A stretch of 64,000 nucleotides of DNA. It comes from an uncultured Candidatus Saccharibacteria bacterium. GTDB lineage: Bacteria; Patescibacteriota; Saccharimonadia; CAILAD01; BJGX01. The notes beneath the pieces are model-generated. The model saw only the letters and a program-made list of their open reading frames with translations. It searched no databases and was not told the DNA's origin. This document shows, piece by piece, positions 20,152 to 28,204 of the stretch. The stretch lies in contig CAZKFZ010000002.1 of the NCBI GenBank assembly GCA_964552475.1, positions 134,160-198,159 of the forward strand, written 5' to 3'. The number at the start of each line of letters is the position of its first letter. Position 1 is the first letter of the stretch. The position numbers and the translations under genes are program-made.

Positions 20152-20475
20152 TAAAAAATCCCGCCCCTATCACACATCAAAAGATGTGAGACAAGGGCGG
20201 GATTCTAAGTTAATACAAATACCGCGGTACCACCTTGTTTGTTTTTTTAGTAAAAAATTTACTAAAAAAGACCACTTCACTGACTCAGACTCCTCTTATA
20301 AATAGAGAAACGACAACAGCTAGCACATGATTACGGGTGCATCCGAGCCGTCACTTGTGCAACAGCCATCTTTCACTTTTTAGCGAATGGTTTAGCCCCA
20401 ACCCTGCAGTCGATTATTTAATCCGCAGGAACTAAACATAGATTTTGTACTTGTTAAAAGTTCATTTGACTGTTT
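20152..20475 (-). promoter_or_regulatory. T-box riboswitch leader with antiterminator/terminator
   Basis: AAGGTGGTACCGCG at 20236-20223; downstream CCGCCCTT completes the antiterminator and is also the 5' arm of a terminator (20204-20152) with T tract; stem III hairpin upstream; specifier codon not identified. Confidence 0.85.
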
Positions 20476-20477
20476 TT

Positions 20478-20505
20478 ATTTTAATCTTAATTTATTAAAA
20501 GTCAA
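20478..20505 (-). promoter_or_regulatory. Sigma70-type promoter for the T-box leader
   Basis: TTGACT-16 nt-TAAAAT directly after the hisS stop. Confidence 0.6.
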
Positions 20506-20509
20506 TACC

Positions 20510-21823
20510 CTAAATACTGTTATTTTTACAGCGTGCTATTGCCGTATCAACTGCCAAACTATCTTGCTTGCCACTATTCATATCTTTCAAGACAACTTGT
20601 TTAGAAGCAACTTCTTGCTCACCAATAACTATAACGTAAGGTACTGATAGTTTGTCGGCATATTTAAATTGTTTATCTACTTTAGTATTTTCTAGGTCTA
20701 CTTGAGTTTTTATTCCTGCTGCTCGAAAATCTTGAACTACCTTTAGTGCCCAATCACGAGCCCCTTCGCCAAAATTAACCACAAACACCTCTACTGGTTT
20801 TTTATTATTGGTGAGTAGTCCGGCCTCTAAAACTGCCGCAAATAGCCTACTAAGGCCCACCGACACACCCACGCCGGGAAGATGTGTTTTGGTATAGAAA
20901 TCAGCTAGATTATCATATCTTCCACCAGAAAGAACTGAGCCAAATTCGGGGTGGTTTTTAAGTACTGTTTCATAAACTGTGCCAGTATAGTAGTCTAGGC
21001 CTCGTACTATTCTTAGATCAAGCATATATTGTGAATCATCAACATTTAGAGCTTTTACCTGTGCGAGTAGTTCTGTTATTTCTGTGAGCCCAACTTTGAA
21101 AGTTTGGTTTTCTATAGACAACCCTTTGAGTTGGTTCAATACCTCGTCTGAACTACCATAAATATTTACAAAATCAATTATTTGACTAGAGTCGTCGTCT
21201 CCACAACCAACGCTTTTAAGCATTGTTACAACTTCGTCTTTGCCTATTTTATCTAGTTTGTCGATAGCTCTTAGTATGTCGCTTGTTTTGTCTTGTAGGC
21301 CGAGTGCCTCCAAAAAACCACTAAGTAATTTGCGATTGCTTATTCGCACACTAAAATCACCCAACTTCAAAGATTTAAATATATCTGCGCTCAAAGCCAC
21401 TAGCTCGGCGTCGTGCCCAATACTAGAACTACCAATTATGTCGGCGTCACACTGATAGAATTCCCTGTATCTACCTTTTTGAGCTCTTTCGGCACGCCAA
21501 ACCTTTTGCATCTGATAGCGTCTAAATGGAAAGGTAAGATCATTTTCGTGTTCTGCTACGTAGCGAGCCAAGGGCACGGTGAGATCGTAGTGCAAAGTAT
21601 ACTCTTTGTCACCTTTACTAAATCTATAAACCTCTTTTTCTGTCTCGCCACCTCCCTTTGCTAACAACACTTCGGCTAACTCAATGGCGGGAGTCTCGAT
21701 AGGCAAAAAACCGTACCTTTCATATACAATCCTTATTTCATCTAGCATGTTTTGTAAAAGCGCCTGTTGTTGCGGTAGATACTCAACAAATCCAGATGGT
21801 CGCCTAGGAGTAACTCTATTCAT
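20510..21823 (-). CDS. hisS: Histidyl-tRNA synthetase
   Basis: YDLTVPLARY, WRAERAQKGRYREFYQCD, RGLDYYTG, GGRYDNL. Confidence 0.96.
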   Translation of the reverse strand: MNRVTPRRPSGFVEYLPQQQALLQNMLDEIRIVYERYGFLPIETPAIELAEVLLAKGGGETEKEVYRFSKGDKEYTLHYDLTVPLARYVAEHENDLTFPFRRYQMQKVWRAERAQKGRYREFYQCDADIIGSSSIGHDAELVALSADIFKSLKLGDFSVRISNRKLLSGFLEALGLQDKTSDILRAIDKLDKIGKDEVVTMLKSVGCGDDDSSQIIDFVNIYGSSDEVLNQLKGLSIENQTFKVGLTEITELLAQVKALNVDDSQYMLDLRIVRGLDYYTGTVYETVLKNHPEFGSVLSGGRYDNLADFYTKTHLPGVGVSVGLSRLFAAVLEAGLLTNNKKPVEVFVVNFGEGARDWALKVVQDFRAAGIKTQVDLENTKVDKQFKYADKLSVPYVIVIGEQEVASKQVVLKDMNSGKQDSLAVDTAIARCKNNSI

Positions 21824-21867
21824 TACTTTATTATCTCTAAAAGCAGCTTACTGGTCAATTAATGTAA

Positions 21868-21895
21868 AAGTCCACCTCAAAAATGAGGCGGACTT
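21868..21895 (-). terminator. Probable intrinsic terminator of the lipoprotein gene
   Basis: AAGTCCACCTCA-AAAA-TGAGGCGGACTT hairpin just after the stop. Confidence 0.6.
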
Positions 21896-21901
21896 AATTT
21901 G

Positions 21902-22180
21902 TTAGTTTACGACTACTCCTGAATCAGATGGTTCGCTAGGCTCAACTGGAATAGACTCGCCCCAGTCGCAGTCAAAGCCAAACCAAGACTTTGAATCTTG
22001 GGAGCCAGTCGACATCGATCCGTACATAACACAATCAATAACTTCTCCGTCAGGAGTAGTGAGCGTAAACCACTCAGCATCGTTTTGGATGTCATCTGTA
22101 GTTGGAGGGTCAGTTTGTCCACAACCAACTAGTAATGAGACGAAAATAAGGCTCAACACGACTACTTTGATAGTTTTCAA
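21902..22180 (-). CDS. Small lipoprotein
   Basis: Signal peptide with lipobox LLVGC; AAGGAG SD upstream. Confidence 0.75.
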   Translation of the reverse strand: MKTIKVVVLSLIFVSLLVGCGQTDPPTTDDIQNDAEWFTLTTPDGEVIDCVMYGSMSTGSQDSKSWFGFDCDWGESIPVEPSEPSDSGVVVN

Positions 22181-22257
22181 CTATCTTCTCCTTAAGCGAG
22201 AATACTAGTAGGGTGTTTATATTAACATATATAGTGTATTAAGTCAATTGCTTTATA

Positions 22258-22824
22258 CTAATTCTTTGGCTTGGCAACAACTACAACCCTACCGTCAGCA
22301 CTACCGCCTTCGGTGCAGGTATATAGCGTAAGTTTGGCCTCACCGCTCGGCTCTAGAATTGCAGTATCGTTGGGTTGAATTTGAAATTTTTTATCTACCA
22401 AGTAGTAATAAGCTTTGCTATTCCAGTGAACAACAACCTCGTCGCCCACCTCTACTTCATCGAGATTGTAAAAAAATGATTTATTCATCACTTGCCAAGG
22501 AGTGTAACCCCATAAAAAACTATGGGCTGCAAGAATAAAATTTCCTCCGTCTTGAGGGTTACCTCGTTCTGGATACTGGTGCCATGCTCCTTTTTCCAGA
22601 ACTTCAACACTACCTTCATAAATATTTGTATCAATACCTTGTTTCTCTATCAAAACCTTATTTTGAGAGGTTATTGTGGCGTTGGGATGTTTTATATAAT
22701 GATAATATTTGGGTAGATAAAGAATTAATAATAGGTATAACCCAAAAATTATTAGACCAACCGAAACTACACCAAGTGCTATTCTAAACACACTACCCAA
22801 AGAGAATCGTTTTTTACTTTGCAT
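22258..22824 (-). CDS. Sortase (class D/E-like), stand-alone paralog
   Basis: N-terminal TM; catalytic triad in NFILAAH, LTLYTC, GRVVVVA. Confidence 0.92.
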   Translation of the reverse strand: MQSKKRFSLGSVFRIALGVVSVGLIIFGLYLLLILYLPKYYHYIKHPNATITSQNKVLIEKQGIDTNIYEGSVEVLEKGAWHQYPERGNPQDGGNFILAAHSFLWGYTPWQVMNKSFFYNLDEVEVGDEVVVHWNSKAYYYLVDKKFQIQPNDTAILEPSGEAKLTLYTCTEGGSADGRVVVVAKPKN

Positions 22825-22831
22825 TAGCGAG

Positions 22832-23053
22832 TTACTTCTGTAGTTTGCTTGTGGCAGTTTTTTGTTTGGAGAAGTAATATATATAGAATATTTCTAGTAT
22901 TCCTACTGTATTAACAATTAGAAAAACAATAAACCAAACTTTTTGATCTAGCTTGGCGGCACGCCAGAGAGCCCATCCCTTCCAACATGTACTCCATATA
23001 AACAAAATAATTATCCACCAGATATTTTGATTTATAAAAGTGTTTGCATCCAT
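22832..23053 (-). CDS. DUF5652-like small membrane protein
   Basis: WKGWALWRAAK..QKVWFIVFLIVNTVGILEIFY; start at MDANT, 6 nt after TATAAT. Confidence 0.8.
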   Translation of the reverse strand: MDANTFINQNIWWIIILFIWSTCWKGWALWRAAKLDQKVWFIVFLIVNTVGILEIFYIYYFSKQKTATSKLQK

Positions 23054-23100
23054 ATTTATATTATACACCAATAAAAAAATCTCGCTATCGCGGAGTTTTT

Positions 23101-23266
23101 TGGTCGGAGCGAAAGGACAGCGGCAATGCCTTCTCTGTAAAGTACTTGGTCAAAGGGTCAATAAATTTGTTTTTGACACTGCTCTCTTTGCTACACCGAA
23201 CCTTGGGTTTCTTGTCCTTTACAAAATATAAACTAAAACACCCAACTACTGTTGGGTGTTTTAGTT
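23101..23266 (-). repeat. tRNA-linked module A (166 bp) ending in a copy of the tRNA-Pro 3' end
   Basis: 23101-23118 matches 23267-23284 at 16/18; shares motifs with modules at the tRNA-Lys genes; includes a 17-bp perfect inverted repeat (23230-23267). Confidence 0.8.
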
Positions 23267-23343
23267 TGGTCGGGGTGAAAGGACTCGAACCTTCGACCTC
23301 TTGGTCCCAAACCAAGCGCGCTAGCCAACTGCGCCACACCCCG
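23267..23343 (-). tRNA. tRNA-Pro(TGG)
   Basis: CGGGGTG stem, CTTGG-TT TGG GA-CCAAG, GGTTCGAGTCC, CCA. Confidence 0.96.
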
Positions 23344-23538
23344 TCATCCAAATAATACTTCAATTAGTTAATCAATCAGGTTGTGTTGAACTGATTGGCT
23401 TATGGGAAATAGAAATAAACCCATATCACGCTACTAACCATACCAATAAACCGGTTATTTTTCAACCTGGGTATTGACTTATTTTATCTGTTGAAGTAGC
23501 ATAGCTCAAGAATCTTCCTAGTAAAAAAGGAAAGTACC

Positions 23539-24558
23539 TTGGCAAAGCCACAGAGGCTATATCATATCCTTAGTTCATCTCAGTTTACGAGAGAGTTCTT
23601 AGAAGACTTCTTTAGGTCTGTTGATAGTTTCGTAACTCAGCTCGGGCAAAGGCCTAGTAAGCCCACAAAAGATATGCTTGCAGCGATGTATCGTAACTAT
23701 CTGATGTTTAATTTCTTCTATGAACCCTCTACTCGCACTAGGTTTTCTTTCGCAACTGCTGGTAACCGTCTTGGTATGAGGGTAGAAGGTACTGACAACG
23801 CTAAGTTGTTCTCTTCTGCAGCCAAAGGTGAGAGCTTGGCTCATACAATCGCTACTTTGAGTGCGATGGCGCCAGATCTCATTGTGATTCGACATCACGA
23901 AAACGGTGAGCTCGAAGAGGTAGCGCATAGAAGTGCAGTACCAATTATCAATGCTGGCGATGGTAGTAACGAACATCCCACCCAGACACTCGTAGACCTA
24001 TATACTATCTATAGAGTGATGGGTAGGTTAGACAACATTCGCATAGCTATTGGCGGAGATCTTAAATATGGTAGAACTGTAAGATCTCTGGTACAAGTAC
24101 TAAGCTTGTTTGATGACATACGACTACTATTTGTTTCTCCCAAGGCGCTATCTATTGATGACGAAACTCGTGCTCATCTGCACATCGCCGGCATACCGTT
24201 TGTGGAAGAATACAAGATCACAGCTAATCTAAGAATTGCTGATGTTGTGTACTGGACACGAACGCAAGCTGAGAGAGCTACTGAAGATGAGCTAGAGTCT
24301 TTTGATCCAGAAGAGTTTAAAATTACTCTTGATACCATGGCGATGTTTAAGCAATCTACGGCACTGCTCCACCCCTTGCCTATCGATAACGAGATTGCGC
24401 CCGATGTAGACAACGACGAGAGAGCCTTGTACTTTACACAAGCAGGATATGGTGTGCCAGTCAGAATGGCGTTAATTGACTATCTTTTGCATGGATACGA
24501 AATACAAGCACCAGAATTCTCGCCCATTGCTGGAGTGGCTAAAATATGGCAACGTTGA
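23539..24558 (+). CDS. pyrB: Aspartate carbamoyltransferase catalytic subunit
   Basis: FYEPSTRTRFSF, KGESL, INAGDG..EHPTQ, GDLKYGRTVRSL, HPLP; TTGACT-17-TAGCAT promoter at 23474-23502. Confidence 0.92.
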   Translation: MAKPQRLYHILSSSQFTREFLEDFFRSVDSFVTQLGQRPSKPTKDMLAAMYRNYLMFNFFYEPSTRTRFSFATAGNRLGMRVEGTDNAKLFSSAAKGESLAHTIATLSAMAPDLIVIRHHENGELEEVAHRSAVPIINAGDGSNEHPTQTLVDLYTIYRVMGRLDNIRIAIGGDLKYGRTVRSLVQVLSLFDDIRLLFVSPKALSIDDETRAHLHIAGIPFVEEYKITANLRIADVVYWTRTQAERATEDELESFDPEEFKITLDTMAMFKQSTALLHPLPIDNEIAPDVDNDERALYFTQAGYGVPVRMALIDYLLHGYEIQAPEFSPIAGVAKIWQR

Positions 24559-24570
24559 ATATATAAAAAC

Positions 24571-24598
24571 AAAGCTTACCAACTTGGTAAGCTTTTTT
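24571..24598 (+). terminator. Intrinsic terminator after pyrB
   Basis: AAAGCTTACCA-ACT-TGGTAAGCTTT plus T tract. Confidence 0.7.
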
Positions 24599-24608
24599 AA
24601 TTATTTCA

Positions 24609-24770
24609 TGATGGGTCCGGTGGGACAGCGGCTAACGCCTTCTTCGCTTAAGTAGTGCTCGAAACAAGTTTCTGCTCGCTACTTAGCTACGCCGCACTCA
24701 AAACTGTTGTGGCTTCAAAAACCATGAAGGTTTCACCAAAACAAAACCCCGCCTTAGCGGAGACTTGTTT
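24609..24770 (-). repeat. tRNA-linked module B (162 bp) ending in a copy of the tRNA-Lys(CTT) 3' end
   Basis: 24609-24626 matches 24771-24788 at 17/18; body clearly homologous to 41427-41569. Confidence 0.85.
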
Positions 24771-24846
24771 TGGTGGGTCCGGTGGGACTCGAACCCACAA
24801 CCAATTGCTTAAGAGGCAACTGCTCTGCCAATTGAGCTACAGACCC
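24771..24846 (-). tRNA. tRNA-Lys(CTT)
   Basis: GGGTCTG stem, GTTGC-CT CTT AA-GCAAT, GGTTCGAGTCC, CCA. Confidence 0.96.
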
Positions 24847-24865
24847 ATGTTGAAAATATTATATA

Positions 24866-25309
24866 TTAATTTGGTTCAAAGAAAAAAACACAAGTATCTT
24901 TTATGTTCGCTCCTTGCTTTTTATAAAATCTATGCGCTTCTACTCTTTTTTCTGACGAGGTGAACTCTAATGTAGCACCTTGTTGCTCTACCCAACGAAC
25001 TATTTCTTGCCAAATAGCATAGCCCACCCCTTTACCACGTATATCGGTACCCGAACTAACAACAAAGTCTTCAAGCCAAGCCTTAGGTTTATGTAGAGTA
25101 ATAATAAGATTCAGCACCGCACAACCAACAATCTCACCCTTGTACTTAGCTACAATTAGTGCCTTCTGAGGATCATCGGAAAGTTTTTGGAGAATTTTTA
25201 GTGATATTTGTTCACTGCTATAGTTATCAGATAAATCTGGCATCAGACTACCTAGAGCTATTGCAATTTCTTGTGTTGGTTTGGTTACTTTATGTGTAGT
25301 AATTTTCAT
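24866..25309 (-). CDS. GNAT family acetyltransferase
   Basis: AWLEDFVV...IRGKGVG motif A, R.EAHRFYKKQG. Confidence 0.88.
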   Translation of the reverse strand: MKITTHKVTKPTQEIAIALGSLMPDLSDNYSSEQISLKILQKLSDDPQKALIVAKYKGEIVGCAVLNLIITLHKPKAWLEDFVVSSGTDIRGKGVGYAIWQEIVRWVEQQGATLEFTSSEKRVEAHRFYKKQGANIKDTCVFFFEPN

Positions 25310-25322
25310 ATTTTTAATGTTA

Positions 25323-25399
25323 TGGTACGCCCTGAGGGATTCGAACCCCCGACCTTCTGGTCCGAAGCCAGACGCTCTATCCAGCTGAGCTAAGGGCGC
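25323..25399 (-). tRNA. tRNA-Arg(TCG)
   Basis: GCGCCCT stem, TCTGG-CT TCG GA-CCAGA, GGTTCGAATCC, CCA. Confidence 0.95.
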
Positions 25400-25494
25400 A
25401 TATTTAGTTGATTTTTAACCTGTTTATACTAGCATAATTATCTGTATAAAAAAAGAGCTCAAGCTAAATGCCGAGCTCTAAAATAACAAATGTT

Positions 25495-25911
25495 TTATTT
25501 TTTAGTTTCTGGAGTTTCAACAGGCTTTGCGGCAGGAGCAGAAGCTTTTGGTGCACCAGCTTTACCAAGTTTTGAAACTACTACAAACCGGTAAACAATT
25601 GCGCCGAGTATACCAAGAAGTATAACTACTAGTAGCCATAGGGTTTTGTCACTCTCGTTTTCCCAGTTTGTTCTTTTGATTACATCGATAAGCATTAGTA
25701 TCCAGTACACTAGTGCAAAAATACAAAACGCAAACCAAAGTAGAAAGAAAATTAGTGAAAATCCTACTATTCCGGCTGCGGCAGCGCCGTTTGTTGTTGT
25801 TGTAGTAGTACCATAATCATAGTTATAATCTTCTGCACGAGCAATGACGGGTAGAGCTAAGGCTACTAGACCGCTAAGGGCAGATGCTTTTCTAATAATT
25901 GATCTTTTCAT
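25495..25911 (-). CDS. Membrane protein with PLDc_N-like two-helix domain
   Basis: Signal peptide, poly-Thr linker, WILMLIDV...KTLWLLVVILLGILGAIVY; AAGGAG SD. Confidence 0.75.
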   Translation of the reverse strand: MKRSIIRKASALSGLVALALPVIARAEDYNYDYGTTTTTTNGAAAAGIVGFSLIFFLLWFAFCIFALVYWILMLIDVIKRTNWENESDKTLWLLVVILLGILGAIVYRFVVVSKLGKAGAPKASAPAAKPVETPETKK

Positions 25912-26111
25912 AGTTTCTCCTTAATTTAGTGTGATCTTAAATACTATTAAACACCTAAACGTTACCACTTGCAAGTTTAAGACTAATGTACTAACTTTGC
26001 AATTCAAATTTGCCGCTACACATAGAACGTGTGGCTTGTTTTTTGTAGCTACATGACGTATTATATGTTACTGATAGGTACAGATAAAAAGCATATTTGC
26101 ATTGAGAGTTT

Positions 26112-26186
26112 GCGGGTATCGTATAATGATTATTACTCCTGCCTTCCAAGCAGGTGATGCGGGTTTGATTCCCGCTACCCGCTCCA
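26112..26186 (+). tRNA. tRNA-Gly(TCC) with atypical D and T loops
   Basis: GCGGGTA stem, CCTGC-CT TCC AA-GCAGG, T-loop TTTGATT, U73, CCA. Confidence 0.9.
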
Positions 26187-26207
26187 TATCGAAATATTGT
26201 ATCGATA

Positions 26208-26253
26208 CAAACAAATAAGCAGAGTCTGGTAAAGGGTTCTGCTTATTTGTTTG
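26208..26253 (+). terminator. Long hairpin/terminator after tRNA-Gly
   Basis: CAAACAAATAAGCAGA...TCTGCTTATTTGTTTG inverted repeat. Confidence 0.7.
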
Positions 26254-26362
26254 CTAACTACAATACTTTTCCACTTCAAATAAAAACAAGTACCTTTTAT
26301 TTGGCAAAAAAGATTTTTGAAACATTACAACTTGTGCGACAATAATAGATGTGCAGTGTTAT

Positions 26363-26439
26363 GCCCCCGTAGCTCAGCTGGATAGAGCATCGGTTTTCTA
26401 AACCGAGGGTCGTAGGTTCGAATCCTGCCGGGGGTACCA
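26363..26439 (+). tRNA. tRNA-Arg(TCT)
   Basis: GCCCCCG stem, TCGGT-TT TCT AA-ACCGA, GGTTCGAATCC, CCA. Confidence 0.96.
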
Positions 26440-26460
26440 ACGTCATATATAAGTTTTTTT

Positions 26461-26645
26461 TCTCTAAACCGATTTATAAAGCTTGCTTTGTAAATCGAAA
26501 GGAGAAAATCATGCGATTATTGTAGGCGATTACGACAGTATTCGTCGAAGGTAGGTATGTTCTTCTAAACCAATTCATAAAACTTGTTTTGTGAATTGAA
26601 AGGAAGAATAGTGTGTAAATAAAAGTGATAGAATCGGTCTATCAC
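26461..26645 (+). repeat. Two-copy, 100-bp-period structured repeat (hairpin, SD, micro-ORF)
   Basis: 26461-26505 and 26561-26607 are homologous CTTG-loop hairpins with compensatory changes, each followed by a 3-4 codon ORF. Confidence 0.75.
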
Positions 26646-26673
26646 GATAGTTGTAACACTATTCTGACGCCGC

Positions 26674-26751
26674 GGTGGGTGTAGCTCAGTTGGTTAGAGC
26701 GTCTGGTTGTGGTCCAGAAGGTCGTGGGTTCGAGACCCATCACTCACCCCA
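26674..26751 (+). tRNA. tRNA-His(GTG), encoded G-1
   Basis: G-GTGGGTG stem, TCTGG-TT GTG GT-CCAGA, C73, CCA. Confidence 0.96.
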
Positions 26752-26859
26752 TAATTTGTTTAAAAAAAGAAGGTTATATTAGACTTCTTTTTTTAAATAT
26801 ACACTCCACAAACATCATATTATTTACTAATATTACGAATAAAAGAAAAGGCAGTTATA

Positions 26860-28179
26860 CTAGAACCCACTAACGGTTTTTTCATTATTAATAAGCCATT
26901 TGCCGCTTTGACTAATAACACTATATTCATAGCCTTGAGTGTACTGATTTGGATTGTCAGTATACTTGTATAGAACATTTACTTGGGCCTTATATGTTCC
27001 ATCGGTTTGTTTAGCAACGCTTATTATTCTAAAGCTACTTGGATATTGAAATTGTCTCTGTTCAGGAGTGAGTTGATTAAAATCGTATTCGCCCTGAAAA
27101 CCAGAGGTCATGACAGGTCGCATTACTGTAGCGTTACCGGCTATATAGCCTTGTTCAAAGGTTGTGACATTGTTGGTTACCGTGGTTTTGTTGGCAGCAT
27201 CTTGAGCGGCAGCGTTAGTGGCAGCATCTTGAGCTTCTTGTTCTTTTAGCTTGGCCTCGTCTAGTTTATCTTTTTGCTTGGATAAAGTTTCATCAATGTT
27301 AAATATTTCTGGCGGCATCTTGTCGCTTAAGTATTTGGCATTATCTTGAAATCTGTTAGTAGCTTGTTCAGCTAGACCAGATAAGTCGTTTAGTTTAGAG
27401 ATATCTGCTGTATTTAAATTGGCGACGTCTTTACTTTGGTTGGCAGCTTCAGCGATGTAATCATTTAAACTCACAAGAGCTTCTCTATACCTTGTAATGT
27501 CGTCTTTGTCACTTGATACGGGCGAAAGTTGGTCAGCTCTAAATTTGACATCACCCATGAGATTTCTGTAATCATCTAACTTCTTAGAGTAGTTGTCATA
27601 GCTAGTCTGATCTTTTGTGGCAGATGCGGCCGCATCGTTTACACCCTTCGCTCCATCCACAATTAAGTGCCAATTGGTCTTAATAGATTGTTGATTTTGG
27701 GTGGTTTTTTGATTAGTTAAAGCCCAATATACAATACCAGTTATAAGAGCTAGGCCAGCAACAACTAAAAACCAAAAAAATGGTTTTTTATAAAATGGTT
27801 TATCAGACTTAAGGTTTTTTTCTGAATTAACAAGTAATTTTTTACTATCTAGGTCTTCAACTAAGTCATAAACTTTGCTAATGGTTTTTTGCTTATGATT
27901 TTTTTGGTTCTCAAATAATATCTCTGCAACTACTGCGTAGCTACCAGCTTCTTTACTAGTACGAATTATCCTAAATGAAACGGGTAGATTTTTTTTAGGT
28001 TTTTGCGAATCAATTACAGAAAAGTCGTAATCTGCCTGAAAATTTTCTGACATTAGTTCACGCATTTTCTCTGGATTAAGGTCTATTCTAGCATCCAAAA
28101 ATTTTACAACTTGCTTTTCGGCTAAGTTTAGTTGAGGCGCAACAGTGGGCTCTTTGGTAACTAGTTCTTTGTCTTTCAT
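26860..28179 (-). CDS. Hypothetical single-pass membrane protein with extracytoplasmic coiled coil
   Basis: TM FFWFLVVAGLALITGIVYWAL, long helical region, related-looking terminal domains. Confidence 0.75.
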   Translation of the reverse strand: MKDKELVTKEPTVAPQLNLAEKQVVKFLDARIDLNPEKMRELMSENFQADYDFSVIDSQKPKKNLPVSFRIIRTSKEAGSYAVVAEILFENQKNHKQKTISKVYDLVEDLDSKKLLVNSEKNLKSDKPFYKKPFFWFLVVAGLALITGIVYWALTNQKTTQNQQSIKTNWHLIVDGAKGVNDAAASATKDQTSYDNYSKKLDDYRNLMGDVKFRADQLSPVSSDKDDITRYREALVSLNDYIAEAANQSKDVANLNTADISKLNDLSGLAEQATNRFQDNAKYLSDKMPPEIFNIDETLSKQKDKLDEAKLKEQEAQDAATNAAAQDAANKTTVTNNVTTFEQGYIAGNATVMRPVMTSGFQGEYDFNQLTPEQRQFQYPSSFRIISVAKQTDGTYKAQVNVLYKYTDNPNQYTQGYEYSVISQSGKWLINNEKTVSGF

Positions 28180-28204
28180 AACGTTTATGATTACTTTAAC
28201 TACA

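Noticed and set aside
20123-20305. 60-aa plus-strand ORF
   Set aside because: Antisense to the T-box antiterminator/terminator
23040-24963. ORFs 23040-23231, 23044-23355, 23085-23363 and 24655-24963
   Set aside because: They overlap tRNA genes and hairpin modules; spurious translations
23101-26751. Prophage or large integrative element at the tRNA cluster
   Set aside because: No integrase, transposase or phage genes; the att-like duplications enclose only about 145 bp
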